A stretch of DNA of 59,421 nt, the filler included, from Porpidia crustulata (lineage: Eukaryota), in assembly GCA_964255105.1 (NCBI GenBank). It is 7 parts of 7 records of this genome, joined end to end, with 100 filler letters (N's around TTAATTAATTAA, not from the genome) between each part and the next. Parts side by side here need not be neighbours in the genome. Positions count along the whole stretch, not along the records: positions 25,561 to 33,954 come from CAXUWE010001125.1; positions 34,055 to 42,445 come from CAXUWE010001126.1; 5 more parts are not named here. One strand, given 5' to 3'. Positions 25,561-38,717 of this stretch are shown in pieces; the stretch's first letter is position 1; every line of letters starts with the position of its first letter. The notes under the pieces were generated by a model, which was given only the letters and a program-made list of their open reading frames with translations, did no database searches and was not told the DNA's origin. The translations under genes were made by a program, and so were the position numbers.

Positions 25561-26446
25561 GGATGATGATGATGATGATGTTGTTGCGGATCGTCGAGGT
25601 TCGTTCGGAGGGGAGATGGCGATGAGAAACTTGTAGGATGGTAGGATAGAAATGATAAGCAAGACGGTGAAATGATGAAAAGAACGGGGAGGAGGGGAAG
25701 CGTCCTTAGGTCGACAAAAAAAGACCCCGCTCAGTAATGTTTTCCTTCTCGGATTTGTTCGGAGATCAACCCTCGCACTATCGCAATTCATGATAAGAAC
25801 TTTTTGTGAGATAATAAATACTATTTTGAATAGCATTGATTAACAGCTCTCTTACAAGATATCCGAGCCTTGATGCAAGCGTGACATATATCCAGTTTTG
25901 TTAACGTTGATTTGCCATAAATGAACTTAATGACGAAATCCGTCGTTTTACATGAGTATGCTCAAGTCGGTTTCAGCAACCTCGATACATTCCTAACGGT
26001 CTGTACACTATCTCCTCTAAATAGTCAAGACAGCGGTAAATAAAATATCTAAATATACATTACTGATATTCTTTTCAATCGTGACGCGATGGTCGTCGCG
26101 CTTATCTGCGGAGTCCTTCCAATTGCGCTAGCCTTATGTTGATGTTCCAAGATTTGATCAAAGGGTAGGCTTTTCAAGACGCATTTCATCCGCATAGCAG
26201 GGAGACCTTGAGAGAACCCTATGTCTTAGCAAGGATTGATAATTTGGCTTCTGGCATGATCCTTTGGCAGACGCGAAGAGCAGTTCTTTTCTAAAATACG
26301 TAGATCTCTGCCTCCGTGGAGCAAGCTAAGGAACGGTGCGTGTCTAGGCCTTCTATTGCGGCCTACTATAGTCGACCGTTCTCGGTGAGGAAGCACACCA
26401 GCGCTCGGACGATAGTCGGATTAATTGTGGTCGAAGTTGCTGTCAC

Positions 26447-28769
26447 TCATCGCCTAGGAATTGGAAAGGCTGAATATTGACCCTGAATCTTCGGACTAGG
26501 ACGCAGAGGAAGCGGCTTTACGCTATACTCGGATATACCAGCCAAATTCGCAAACTTCGAAGGCACCGAGCGGCCGTTGTCTCTCGAGATCTCGGAACAC
26601 AGGGTACTTCGATCCCCATTCGAAGAGCCATCAGTAAGGGAAGGTGTGAACAGTGATGGTAAAGTCATCGAAGCACTCCTAATTGAAGGAGTAAGGGGCG
26701 AAGGGTCAGCATCGGATCGGTACTCGTCGCTTGCCAGTTCGGAAAGGCTCGGGACGCGATGATCACCGTCCAAGAATGGCAAGCCGGAATTTTGAGACTC
26801 TGGCGACAGTGCACGACGGCCCTGAGACGAAGAATGAGATTCCGGAGACAAGGGACGGCTGTCATAGCTGCTTTCGCTGTGCGTGACCGAGTTGGACCTG
26901 TTTGGTCTTTTAATTGACATCTGCTGCTCATTACGGGCCTCGGCCCATCTCTCTTCAGCAGTCCAGCAATGGCTTTGGTCGCATGAGGCTTCCATATAGA
27001 TTCTATCGTCGGGGCTCCACGACGGGAGGCCTTCGAGCCGAGTATTTAGAAAGTAGTTCACGTCCCCTTTGAAGCTAAGATGAGGCACATCTACGGAGAT
27101 ACGCGCGAGGACTTGTAGAACAGAGTATATGATGATCCAGCGCTCTCTTCGCGCTTCCCGAGGATCCACAGTATCGGGAGAATCCGCCTTTTCAAAGGCA
27201 GAAAACGCTTTCGCCAGGTCGTTCATGGCGAATTCGCGGCCCCATCGGGAGACATTACTCGCGGCAGCGTAGGCGTGCAGTATACGTGACTCCCGAATCT
27301 TGTCCTTTTTGTGACCCTTGCTGAAGAGAGACTTCTTTGTTTCAATTGAGGGTGCTGGAATCGTAGCTGGAAGGATGGGATAGGGGTGAGGGATATTGGG
27401 GGAGTTTAGTCTGCAGTCGAGATTTCGAAAGACACCCAGCATTCTGTCATCGTCATCATCAACCCAGAAATCGCTCGAATTAGCTGATTTGAGCAGTTGT
27501 TTCTTTTTCGGCTTCTTCTTGAGACCGTAAATCTCCTCGTCATCATTATCACTATTGTCCCATGACACACCTCTGTCGACACAATATTCATATAAAGCAG
27601 CGAAGTCTTGCTGCAGTCGACTAGTGATCCTCCTGTCAAGCCAAGTTCCATCTTGCAGATTTTTTCTTATTGGCCAAGTTTGAAATTCATGTTCATAATA
27701 CTGCTTTAGGAATTTTCGAAATCTAAGTGAAGCTGCCCGTACCGTAGGTGGCTCGTCCTCCTGGGCAAAATGGGCGTCATCAAAATAAAAAGTGGCCAAG
27801 CTCTGTTCAACCTCTTGAATGCGGACCTGAAGCTCGAGATGCGAATTCTCTAGGCGAGCTTGCGTTGCTAAACTGATATCGGCGCTTTCCTGCAAAGGTT
27901 TCATATGCGAGTACATTCCAACAGCATGTACAAATCTAATCCAGGTCTTAAGTCAGCATACCTACAAACAATAGCCGTACTTGTGACAAGCCACTGATAG
28001 GGAAACGATGCTCTCCCAAATCGAATTCTCAATATCAAACAGTCAATTCGTGATCAGCGACCAGTGGTCATTCAATGCAAGATCAAAGGGCTAAATAACA
28101 TACGCTTCGCGCCATCCTTCGTTCCACCTCACATCTTCACTCCATGCCAGGAGACCTGCAGCGGCGCGAGGCTCGTTCGAAACGTTGACTAAGCCTGTTG
28201 AAACCAGGAAAGCTTGTAGCTCGGCTTCGCAATCCATTAATGGTGCCAAGTATTCCTCCAAACGCTCATGTAAGTCAACTAGCGCTTGGTAAAAAGTGAA
28301 TCCCACCAAAGATTTGCCAAGTAAGAATGCAAAAAAGTTCCTGGTGGTGATGTGATGGCGCAGTATGTCGATTTTGCCCGATGCAGTGGCTGGAGGCCCC
28401 ATATAAATCTTGTACGAGACACCGCGCGTGGAGGCTCCCGATCGTACCGTCCCGTACAGCAACATATCTATCATGGTGTTTGATTTAGTCTCGCGAAGCA
28501 ACGTCGATGAAATCCGAAAGGAAGGATCTGGGCGACCACGACCGAAAAAGACCAAGGTATCTCCGCGCTCGTCCCAGAGTTCGGGGTCCTGACGGAACGA
28601 ATGAGTTACTGAGTTCCCAACACAATGCGGCGCTTCCCACGGCTTCTGGATTCACAGCGGACCGTGGGAGTCAGAAAAACATTACTTGTTTCAGCTTGCC
28701 CCAAGCTTTGGCAGGCTCTCCATTCCCGGGCCACAGCTTGATATTTACAGCCTGCTCTAAGCCCTTCAT
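26447..28769 (-). CDS. Conserved fungal hypothetical protein (3 exons)
   Basis: Exon 1 MKGLEQ...WGKLKQ, intron 28685-28590, DPELWDERGD...HHITTRNFFAFL...WREA, intron at about 28113-27936, then FVHAVGMY and a long ORF with a Ser-rich tail. The splice signals restore one continuous frame. Confidence 0.8.
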
Positions 28770-30767
28770 GATTCCGATGATGAAGGTGAGAGTTTTACAC
28801 AAGTTCAAGGACGACTCCGGCTTAGCTCTTTTGTGCACCTGTAATTTGGTACCGTTGATGTATTTTGCAAATCGAGCATTGCCTTTGAGCCACGGGAGGC
28901 GCAATGCGATTTTAAGATGTATGACAAAGGATAGCCAGGAAGAAAGTTTGAACTTTGAAGATCTTCCACGCAGTTTGACGTAGATACGTAGCCAACGTGT
29001 AGAAGATCTTAGCTTTAGGTTAAGCTATGCTCTTAACTTTTACCGAGCCCTGTCGTGGTACTCAGCCATTGTTGGAGGATCGCTTCTGGCGGAGGAACCG
29101 CTAGAGAATCAGTTATGCTGAAATTGGATCAATGTGGACCCCTGAGGACATGCAGCCATTCCGTACACGGTTTGAGGTCGGACGGGAAGATGCATAGGTA
29201 GACTCGGGAGCAAAAGAAGTTTCCGGCCCATCGTCCGGCTGACACACAACCCCAACGAAATCCAAAACCATTGGCTTTCCAGTGATAGACGAATAGGAGG
29301 CGTTGCTTATGAAGATATCTCCTGCTCGTAAGCCCTCGATATTGCACTCAAATTGGACGTGGGCGATCCTATTGTATCAGACAGCCCTCTGTCATGCATG
29401 GTGCGACAAGCTGCCCTCGTCCTGTCCATTGCACCTGCATTGAAGGCGATAGGTAAGCGATAGGGCAACCCGATTGGGTTCAGACAGTATAGCGACAGTC
29501 CCTGGACTGTACTTGCCAGGGCTGCCATGGTTGTCAGAGCTGTCAATGGCTCTCATGGGCAAATAACAAGTGCGCTGATCCATGAGTGAGAGGCGTCGCT
29601 TATCTTCGCCCAGTAATAAGCGCGAATGGAGACCAATCCGGATTGGGTAATGGCCCCATTAGTGCAGCCCGAAAGCGGCGTCTTATCGATAAATCATAAA
29701 ATTCGTAATATTGACTTCTGCACATAATCAATAGTAAATTACTTAATATTCGTTATTTCTTATCTATGATCTTATTGGCGAAGCTTAGCAAAACTATAAT
29801 CCCAGGCATCCAACCGTTGGTCGCGATCGATGACTTGATTCGACGACGACAAGCATAATCGAGATATTTACTTAGTCAGCTGGCTATGCCAAGACAGACC
29901 ATGTTCTTACTTGCAGCCAACCGGAATCCTCCCAACAAGCTTCATCCCACTTCTGACAATCACACCACTTTACTTTCCAAGTCTTCAAATTGGCTCTTTA
30001 GCCTACAGGACTAATGGACCCATCGGGAAGATAGCTTCTGACATCGCCATCCTTAGCACGTTGCGGAGACCAACCAACCGTTGGCTTGCACAGTCTTCTG
30101 CCGGCCGGTTCGTGGCATTCCCCTTGGAGATAAACGTTTCCTCCAAGGGCCATCACCCGATCCCTCGACCTCCGAATTTCCGCCTATCTTGCAGTCTTCC
30201 AGTCTTGCAATGCCTCGTACCTATTCAAGAGCGCTCCACACAAAGACGATTGATTTGTGGACATTCTGGGCACTGTCGACCCAGGTGACATTGGGTATCT
30301 CACGGAGCATCGTCCTCGCTAACACTAAAGCTTCCAAACCGTCTTGCATGTAGGAGTGCATCTTTCCTTGGCACGTTCCTTCCTGCGACATTGCCTCGAA
30401 AATCACAGAATGACATTGGACGCCGTGCCGCAATCATGCACGGTAGCCGGGCTGTCACATCCCTATTCTGTAGTGAAACCCCGTTTCTCTGCAGGGCCTG
30501 ATACTTTGACGTGCAGGAAACCCACGACACGGGTGTACAGTGAGTTTGAAGCTCATGACATTAATGCTATAGTCTGCAGCCACCCGGTCCCTCCATTGGA
30601 AACTTTATCCTATATTATCGGATACGGACCGGTTATTGTAAAAGATAGAAAGAATCGCTATTTCCCCCACGTCTTCTATGGCGCAATGGGAACGGTTTGA
30701 CTGCTGCAACCAAATTACCTAGATTGAGAGGTCCCTTTCATCGTACCATTGGCAGCAAAACCCAGGC

Positions 30768-32403
30768 ATGGGTTTCGAGATAGCTTCTCTTTGGCGAGCT
30801 CCCGCCATAAATCCGGTGAACAACAAAGCGCAATCCATTCCGATCTTCAATCCCTTTAACATCTATGGCCGTGTCTTCTTGCTCTCCTGGTGGTCTTTCT
30901 TCATCGCCTTTTGGTCCTGGTACGCCTTTCCGCCATTGTTATCCGTGACCATCGCCAAGGACCTCCATCTGTCCCAAAATCAAATCGCCAATTCCAATAT
31001 CCTTGCCCTGACCTCAACTCTCCTTGTCCGACTGGGTGCAGGGGCAGCATGCGATCGCTTTGGCCCTCGGTGGGTTTTTGTGGCCATACTGATCGCAGGC
31101 GCCATACCAACCGCGCTGGCAGGTACTGTAAACAACGCCGCGGGTCTCCTTGCTCTACGATGTTTCATTGGCATCTTGGGCGGTACCTTCGTCCCATGTC
31201 AGGTATGGACAACCGGGTTCTTTGATAAGAACGTCGTTGGAACAGCCAACGCCCTTGCGGCAGGCCTTGGAAACGCTGGCTCAGGTGTGACATACTTCTT
31301 GATGCCTGCGATATTGGATTCTCTGGTCAAACACCAGCACCTTACTCCGCACAAGGCATGGCGCGTAGCCTTTGTGGTGCCGTTCATCCTCCTCATTTTT
31401 ACCGCGGTTACCATCGTCCTCTTCTGTCCTGACGCACCGACCGGCAAGTGGTCATCCCGCGCGTACGACATGCAGCGGAAGACAGAAGCGCGCGACATGT
31501 ACGTCTCGCAGTTCGAAACCTCCACGCAAGCCATCTCGCCAACCAAGGCGACTGGGCGGCGTAGCCCGGGCAAGAACGGACCTTCAAACCACAGCATAGA
31601 GCTCGACGATGAACACCTGAACGGCAAGGGTTCCAACAAGAGTGACCACGAGGACGTGAGCGTGGAAGATTTTCTTAATGCCGCTAGCTGGGAATTGGTC
31701 GAGAAGCCGTCCTACCGTCGTTCGGTCAGAGCAATCATCTCTCTCCCTACATTGACTCTTATCGTCGCCTACTTCTGCACCTTTGGCACCGAGCTTTCCG
31801 TAAACTCCTTCCTCGGGGCCTACTACCTGAAAAACTTCCCACATTTGGGTCAGACCGGTTCGGGACGCTGGGCGGCTATGTACGGTCTCCTGAACGCTGT
31901 CTTCCGGCCTATGGGAGGCATCATCGCCGATCTAATTTACAGGGCAACGGGCTCGCTATGGGGCAAAAAGATATTGATGCATTCTTTTGCTGTTACCATG
32001 GGCGCCTTCATGCTGGTCATTGGCTTTCTTGATCCGAAGCATAAGTCGGTCATGATGGGGCTGACGACTGGGTTGGCGTTCTTCGAAGAGGCGGGAAACG
32101 GAAGTGTCTTTGCGCTATTGCCACACGTACATCCGACCTCTAATGGTGAGTAAGAGCCTTGATAGATAGTTGTGATATAAGTGGCGACAGCGGGATGCTG
32201 ATCGTTTGCGTTTTCTAGGTCTCATCACAGGCATTACCGGTGCCGCTGGCAACCTTGGCGGAATCGTGTATTTGTTGATCGCTAGGTATGAGGTCAAGAA
32301 TTACGGAAAAGTATTCTGGATCGTCGGCATCATCAATATCGCCGCCAGCTTGTCCGTTGCGTGGATCCGTCCGATACCGAAGGGACAGGTGGATGTCAGA
32401 TGA
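30768..32403 (+). CDS. High-affinity nitrate transporter (NRT2/NNP family of the MFS)
   Basis: Nitrate signature motifs AAGLGNAGSG and GAAGNLGG, conserved TM Arg residues (LVRL, VFRP), and FVPCQVWTTGFFDK. Intron at about 32146-32218. Confidence 0.93.
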
Positions 32404-33098
32404 GGACGCTGGATATTCCAGAGGGAATGACAAGTGATGCAAAAGTTGGTAGCTATAACTGTAGTATAGAATTGGTGCCATAATATTACAATGTTGGATA
32501 ATTATAACGGTACGTCGTTGGATATGCGAATCACCCAGTCAGTGTAAACTTCCCCCTGGCACAATCAACTTCTCCGCTCAACCTGAAATGTTTCATCCGT
32601 GCTTCCGGCTATTGGACTCCCTGTGGACTTCCAATATATTCAGGTAAATATAAAGAAAAAAAAGCAAGACGCTCGGTACAATTCTTCTCACCAGACAATT
32701 GCGCAGTGTTTATTTCTGTCCAATTCGAAGTTCGAAATTTCACCAGCAGGATATCTAGCTATCTCACATTGCTTTGAGCAAAAATTTTGCCTTTGCCGTC
32801 CCTGCATTCAGGCAAGAAGCCCACGAGGGTGAAATCGTATTGAAGGGGTCGAGAGGTTCATCGCAAAGCTTGAAGCCCTAGGTCGATAACGATTTCAGTC
32901 GTAGTTGATGTTTCGTGTTTTCTGGCAGCCAGCTATCGATTGCGTTTTCTCTGGTCTACTCATCGGCTCGGAGATTATAGGATAGACAGAGTAAGTGTAT
33001 CAATGCCTCGCTAAAGCATGTAAAACTAAAGGGTCGCAGGCTGCATTAACTTGTGGGAAAATGCCTCGAGCACTTTGACGACGCTCGGGGGCCCACTA

Positions 33099-33202
33099 CT
33101 CGTTTCCACCCCTCATCGGACTAGTATACCTAGGGCTAGGGTAATGGTAAGCCGTACAGCCCTAACCCTAGGTGAAGTGGTCCGATGAGGGGTGGAAACG
33201 AG
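33099..33202. mobile_element. MITE copy A (104 bp, perfect 23-bp TIRs, TA target-site duplication)
   Basis: TA|CTCGTTTCCACCCCTCATCGGAC ... GTCCGATGAGGGGTGGAAACGAG|TA, with inner arms ACCTAGGGCTAGGG and CCCTAACCCTAGGT. Confidence 0.85.
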
Positions 33203-33954
33203 TAGCAGAGTTTTCACCCTTCCTCGTTGACGCCCAATCCATACCTGATATTCCATCACAACCAACCTGCCCGAATCCCACAATCCCCTTCGAGATTCCT
33301 GCCTCTGAGCAACACTGGTGGCCATTTTACAGGTCTACAGGCCACCGGTGGAAGGCCATCATTGTACAGCCTCGTCCGCAATTGTTAATGGACGGATATA
33401 AAACGTCTCCTTTCACTGCATATTCTGCATAGGATACCAAAGAGTGTCAAGAGTTATCGTTTGATCCTTGCGCCCTGTTGCAAGTATGACTTCGGGCCTG
33501 AGCTTCAACAAAGCAAGGTTTTCGTCGGTGCAGCTGTGCAAGACTCGGATATTTGGTTTCCAGCTCTTACCGGGACTTGTTGTCGCGAAAGATGGAGTAA
33601 AGGCTAGCGGCTATGGATAGATTATCTACCGTAAGCGGCGGTGGACCACCCTTCCCTCAATGATAGAGGCCTTGTGCTAGAAGCGACCATCGCAACAGCA
33701 TCCATCCAAGCGGCTCGAACACGTTTTTGTCGCTATTTGCGGGTCCGCATAAGCACCATCCGACAGGCCGGCACATCATTGGGGTTTTCCAAGAATCAAT
33801 CTCCTGTGGTAGATAAACCGATCCTTCCTTCGCCTGACGCGATTATTCATCCTCCAGAAACCTTTCCACTCCACTTCTCAACCGCCTCTTCACCCAGCCA
33901 TGCGCATCCCCCTTCCCCTGCTCCTCAACCCATCCCACATCCTCTACCCAACGT

Positions 33955-34054
33955 NNNNNNNNNNNNNNNNNNNNNNNNNNNNNNNNNNNNNNNNNNNNTT
34001 AATTAATTAANNNNNNNNNNNNNNNNNNNNNNNNNNNNNNNNNNNNNNNNNNNN
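33955..34054. other. Artificial contig-joining spacer
   Basis: N-run + TTAATTAATTAA + N-run, 100 nt. Confidence 0.97.
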
Positions 34055-34283
34055 GGGGTGGAGGAGGAACGAGGGAGAGGGTGGGATGGAGGGAGATAGG
34101 GGATATGGAGAGGCGTTATTTTCGATCGCGCCGCCGGGGTATGTGAGCAAAGGTGGGGGTTTGCTACCACCGCCGCCAAGTGCAAAGGACGTAAAGAAGG
34201 AGAGGAGGAGGAGTGGGCAGACAGAGGGCATCTCAGCGGCGACGCTAGGGTTTGATGATGGGGAGTTTGGGGAGTTTCAGTAA
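34055..34283 (+). CDS. Probable 3' end of a gene truncated by the contig start
   Basis: Frame open from the contig start to TAA, ending LLPPPPSAK...LGFDDGEFGEFQ*. Converges on the SreA 3' end. Confidence 0.45.
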
Positions 34284-34427
34284 TCACGGTATAAACTTCA
34301 TAGGTTAGCTCGAGGCGTTGATTTGGGTTGTGGGATCGTTGAAGATGTGATTCTTATCCACAGGATTTGCTACACAGCTGACGGTGAGTTAAGAAAAATG
34401 CCACCCCAATACAAGATTCCCCCAGTG

Positions 34428-36337
34428 TTAGCCTTCCCCATCCAATTCTTCGAGTTCTCGTTCCTTTGCCCGTAGCATCTCTCTCATTTCTTCGGCTTCC
34501 GAACGTAATTGCGCCTTCCGCTGCGCCGCCCAATCGTTCTGTTCAATGTTGCCGGCGCTCGTCGATCGCATGTCACGCGGTCGAGGGTGGTGGTAAGGTT
34601 GAGGCTGCGGTAATTGCACGTGCCGATTGGTCGGCTGACCAATACCGGATAGACTCGGATCAATGGGCATCTCATCTACAAAAGGTTGATGTTGCTGTGG
34701 TGGATTGAGAAGTGAAGAAATAGAATTTAGACGGTTCGACCGCACGTTTTCTGTGAGTGGGGGGCTCGGGTTTTCATGCTCGGATATTGAGAAACTCCTT
34801 TTTCTGGAATTGTTTGGCGGGAACGGACTCAGCGTAGCTTGCGACTCAGACGGTGAAACGGCCATAGACGGATCGTGAGAACCAGGGAGGTGGAGGTGCT
34901 GCTGCTGCTGCACGTGGGTTGAAACACGCCGCTGCTGGTCAATTTGGTAGCCTGTAAAATCCACACCTATTGGGGCTGGCTCCCACGGAGTCGGATGATC
35001 TGCCTCTTGATTACGAAGTCGAAGGTCAAGATTCATCGAATCGTTTGAATTTGTGATTTGGGGGTCCTGCTGATCATTTCGCAAGTCACGACTTTCAGAA
35101 TGCTGCGGATCTGGAGATATCGAGACCGAGAATGATGCGAGATGCGAGCTATTGGGTGATTGCTCCTGCGTTGCGGGTACAACTCGTTTCCGTCGTTTGA
35201 TGATGGACTTCTTCATAGCAACAGGCCGGTGTACGCCATGGAGTTTATGATATAGCCCTACGAATTATCAGCACTCCATATACGATTCTGTACATTATAC
35301 TCACCACAGGCATTACAGATCGTTCGGCCACTTTCATCTCGCCGCCACAAGGGCGTAATCGTTGTGCCACAATTCTGGCAAGAAAGTACAAGGCTGGTCG
35401 TATTCTGGTTCGCTGAAGGCGGCTCTTGCACATTTGCCACAGGACTGGTTTCGTCTTGGGATGCATTCGTAACAGCCGAATCTTCGACCTGGCCCGGTTC
35501 ACTTATTCCTGGTCTTGCGGGCAGTTGCGCAGTCGCAACCTGCGTAGTCTTCGATACTCGATTGTTATACGCCGGACACCCATTACAGCCATCGGCGCCT
35601 CCGGTACCGTTACAACGACCTCCGCCTGGGCATGAACCTGTCGGAATGTGACTAGCTGAGACATATGTAGCCCTGCCCGCTTGCGATGGACCATCAACTG
35701 CGGAAGGCGAAAGGCTTCTTTGGTTGTCCGGGGTATCAAGCTCAGAGCTGGGAGCTGAGATAGAAGTTGACGGTGGTCGTTTCATATTCGTCGGTCTAGA
35801 TATGTTGCGTGCTTTGACGTACAGACCACAAGCATTGCAGATAGTTGAACCCGTGGGAGACCGTCGCCAGAGTGGAGTCTGGGTTGTACCGCAGTTACTA
35901 CGTTCCCTGTCAGCCGTCTAGAATTTTGTAAACGGCGTCACCGTATCCGCGGGTGCGAATCTCTGGGCTTACCTGCATACCTGCCCCATGGCGACAGGGA
36001 TATTGATTGGACCATATTTTTCCTCCTGTTGGCGCTCTTGTGATGTGGAACGCCGGTCTTCTTGCCGAGGTTGCGAAGTATGACCTTCTATCTCCCGATC
36101 CTCATGTAGGTCTCTTCCGTTTGAGGCGAAGTCCGATGAAATCTTCCTTTCAGATGCTGTACCAGCCACGTCGTTTCCATTAACGTCTCGCCTCCCTTGC
36201 GCATGTTGAATGAGTTGTTCAGCGATCTCGTAATCAACCTCTGATGACTGTCTTGATAATTGGCCACGAGGATGATCCAAGGTTGAAAGGCCTTGTGACG
36301 CCATGTCTCTCGCCTCCACTGATAGAAGGCTTGTCAT
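34428..36337 (-). CDS. sreA: Iron-responsive GATA transcriptional repressor (SreA/SRE/Fep1 family)
   Basis: Two GATA fingers ([28 protein letters not shown] and [38 protein letters not shown]) flank the Cys-rich [19 protein letters not shown] segment, with a C-terminal coiled coil. The start (36337 or 36304) is uncertain. Confidence 0.93.
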
Positions 36338-37243
36338 CTCCCCATGTCGCAAAGGTTGAGCTGGTTGTAGGTGATGGTCGTATGGTGATGTGACTCTGGA
36401 TGGAATGTGGGAATGCTGGTCGAATTGGAGAAAGGTGTTGATGATTCGGACCCCAATCTCTATCAAAAGCGTTGTCGCATTTGTTATTATAACAACGTCA
36501 GGTGCGCTGAAAGCGGAGTAGGCTGATTAAAGTTAGCTGTGCAACGCCGATTGATCGATCTAGCACTTGCATAGTGAAAGCGCTGACTCCCCCAGATTAC
36601 TATTCACCAGAGGCACTGCGACGGAGTATGTTGGGAAGAAGGGGGACAAGTATCTGAGGAGAAGTACGAGCTGAAGAAGGCAAGTCTATTCCACCTCAAG
36701 GACTTGAGACGAGGGTGAACCACAGATTTGAGCAGTATCGAGGGTGTTCAAGCTCGCTAAGTTGCTGGCGCATTAACGTGCCTTGACGGGCAGTATCCCC
36801 GGATTTTTAGCACTTCATTACCAATCACTTTTGCCGACCGCCTATTGGCCTAAGATAAGTTTATTCCACATTCTTTACGCCTCACAACCGTCCAGACAAC
36901 ACCACAGGCTACGGTTGTACGCAGTCAGCTGAAGTGTCGTTCAGGAGGGTTTCTAGAGGCTGAGGTCGACGAAACCATAAAATGAACATTCAATCCCAGA
37001 ACGCATTTGGCAATGCTTCCCTCAGATTCATTGGCCTTGTATTCTTACAGTGATCGCTCAGCCGCACGCTATTCCTACCATGTGACCTGAATAATAAAGC
37101 AATGAACACGAGTCGTATCAAATGAACCATTACTTTTTGCCCACATCAATGCGCTCCTTCCAACAGCCCAAAGTAAATACTGATACACAGCCATCGTCTC
37201 TTCCGCGTCATGAGACCCTAGATGTGCGATCCCGACGAACGTA

Positions 37244-37890
37244 TCATATCTGCTCGGCACCCCATTCATTGCTCGCGTCTCTCATATTCTGAGGCGGCTC
37301 AATCGATGGTATGTACTCGAGTACCGCGTAGCCGACACCGACGATGCCCACAATCGATCCTGCCAAAATTCGTGGCCATCCGTCGTGTAGTAGGATTGAA
37401 CCTACGAAGACGTAGACTGCCATGTCATTCAGTACCGTATGTTGATGGCTTGTCTCGGCATGACTCACAGATTCCTCGGCCCAGAAAGCTGAAGAGGAAT
37501 GGTGCCCATCTTGCGACTAAAGGTGGGATCTGGAATTCCAGTAGTAGAGTCGCTGCGCAAGTTCAGGTCAGCTTCTGATCGTTCAAAGAAGCGGCTGTTC
37601 ATACGCACCAGCCCCGAAGACAATGACATAGCATCCAATTATTATACTTTGGCTGTTGCAACGGTTAGATCTTCAATTGCGACTCGCTCAATGCCGACGA
37701 GGAGAGGCCTCACAATCCGATTGGGAAGAATTGCGATATTCCACCAAGTACCATCACGACGCCAACTGCCATATTGACGAGCCGACTGTTGGATACGAGA
37801 ATCAGTACTGGAGCCGCAGAGGCGCTGGGGATGCGCCGTGCTCGCGCAATTGCAGTAAGGGGAACTTTACAAGATATTACTGAAATCCAT
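37244..37890 (-). CDS. COPI-associated Golgi membrane protein (Tvp15-like), multi-exon
   Basis: Spliced MDFSNI|..RLVNMAVGVVMVLGGISQFFPIG|..IIIGCYVIVFG|..LLEFQIPPLVARWAPFLFSFLGRGI|..YVFVGSILL...IPSIEPPQNMRD...WGAEQI*. Four short GT-AG introns. Confidence 0.85.
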
Positions 37891-38717
37891 GATGAAGCAG
37901 GGTCGAGAAATGCCAGAAGTGATCAGAGATTCAATGCGCTCCTATGTGCTTTTATAGTATGCTTCTTCGCTTTTAATATGAATGATCTGAACAAGTGTGG
38001 CAGGGGATTGTATGATGACGATTCAGGTTCTGCCGTGAAGCTCGAGATACGCGGTAGGGGGACCTTCTTGGCGCGCTAATAGCCCTACGATCGACCTACC
38101 AATGGATCTCAAACTCGCCTTCGAGCTCGATCATCTATTTGATCAAAAAAGATAATGAAGCAGCTCACTTAACACCTCACTCGACACCTCGCTGACTACC
38201 TCTCTCAGCGCCCTAGCAATACTTCAATACCCCACCGTTGTCATCTCGAAATCAGCAGATCTTGAAGACTCATGAATACAGTGCATCATGAAGATCTCGC
38301 AGTGTTTTAGCAGTGACTTAGCAAGAGCTTGGATTTCGATCATGATTTTGTTTTGTTATTGAATGGGGTTTCTTCTGCATAGGCTACCCACAAGGCACTA
38401 GTTACGACACATGAGACTATCCAATTTTTTTACCCTGCAAAGCGCCAGCGCTTTACTATTTTACCATATAGGACAAACTTGTCATGAGCATAGAGGTTAG
38501 AAGTAGCTCAGTAAAATAACAAGATGAAGACATCTAAAAAAAAGGTTGGCGGTGATGCTTTGCAGAATAGGCACGTCTGGGACTCATCCCTTACGCCCCT
38601 AAACAACAATCCTTTGACTGAAATGAAGTCCATCCACCGACGATTTTGCAATCTTCTTCGCGCCGGAACACAGCATTAAGTGCCACAAAGAAATTTCCTT
38701 CTCCACTGAGATTGTTA

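Noticed and set aside
25561..25636. Continuation of CRY-DASH after the gap
   Set aside because: It is on a different contig, and the peptide DDDDDDVVADRRGSFGGEMAMRNL* does not resemble the missing cryptochrome C-terminus.
27936..28113. snoRNA or twin intron in the long intron of the hypothetical gene
   Set aside because: No clear C/D box pair or rRNA guide. The internal AG|GTATGC would leave an outer intron under 30 nt.
18274..36337. Metal-homeostasis supercluster (Ctr, FRE, SreA) plus light and nitrogen genes
   Set aside because: The genes lie on different contigs separated by artificial spacers.
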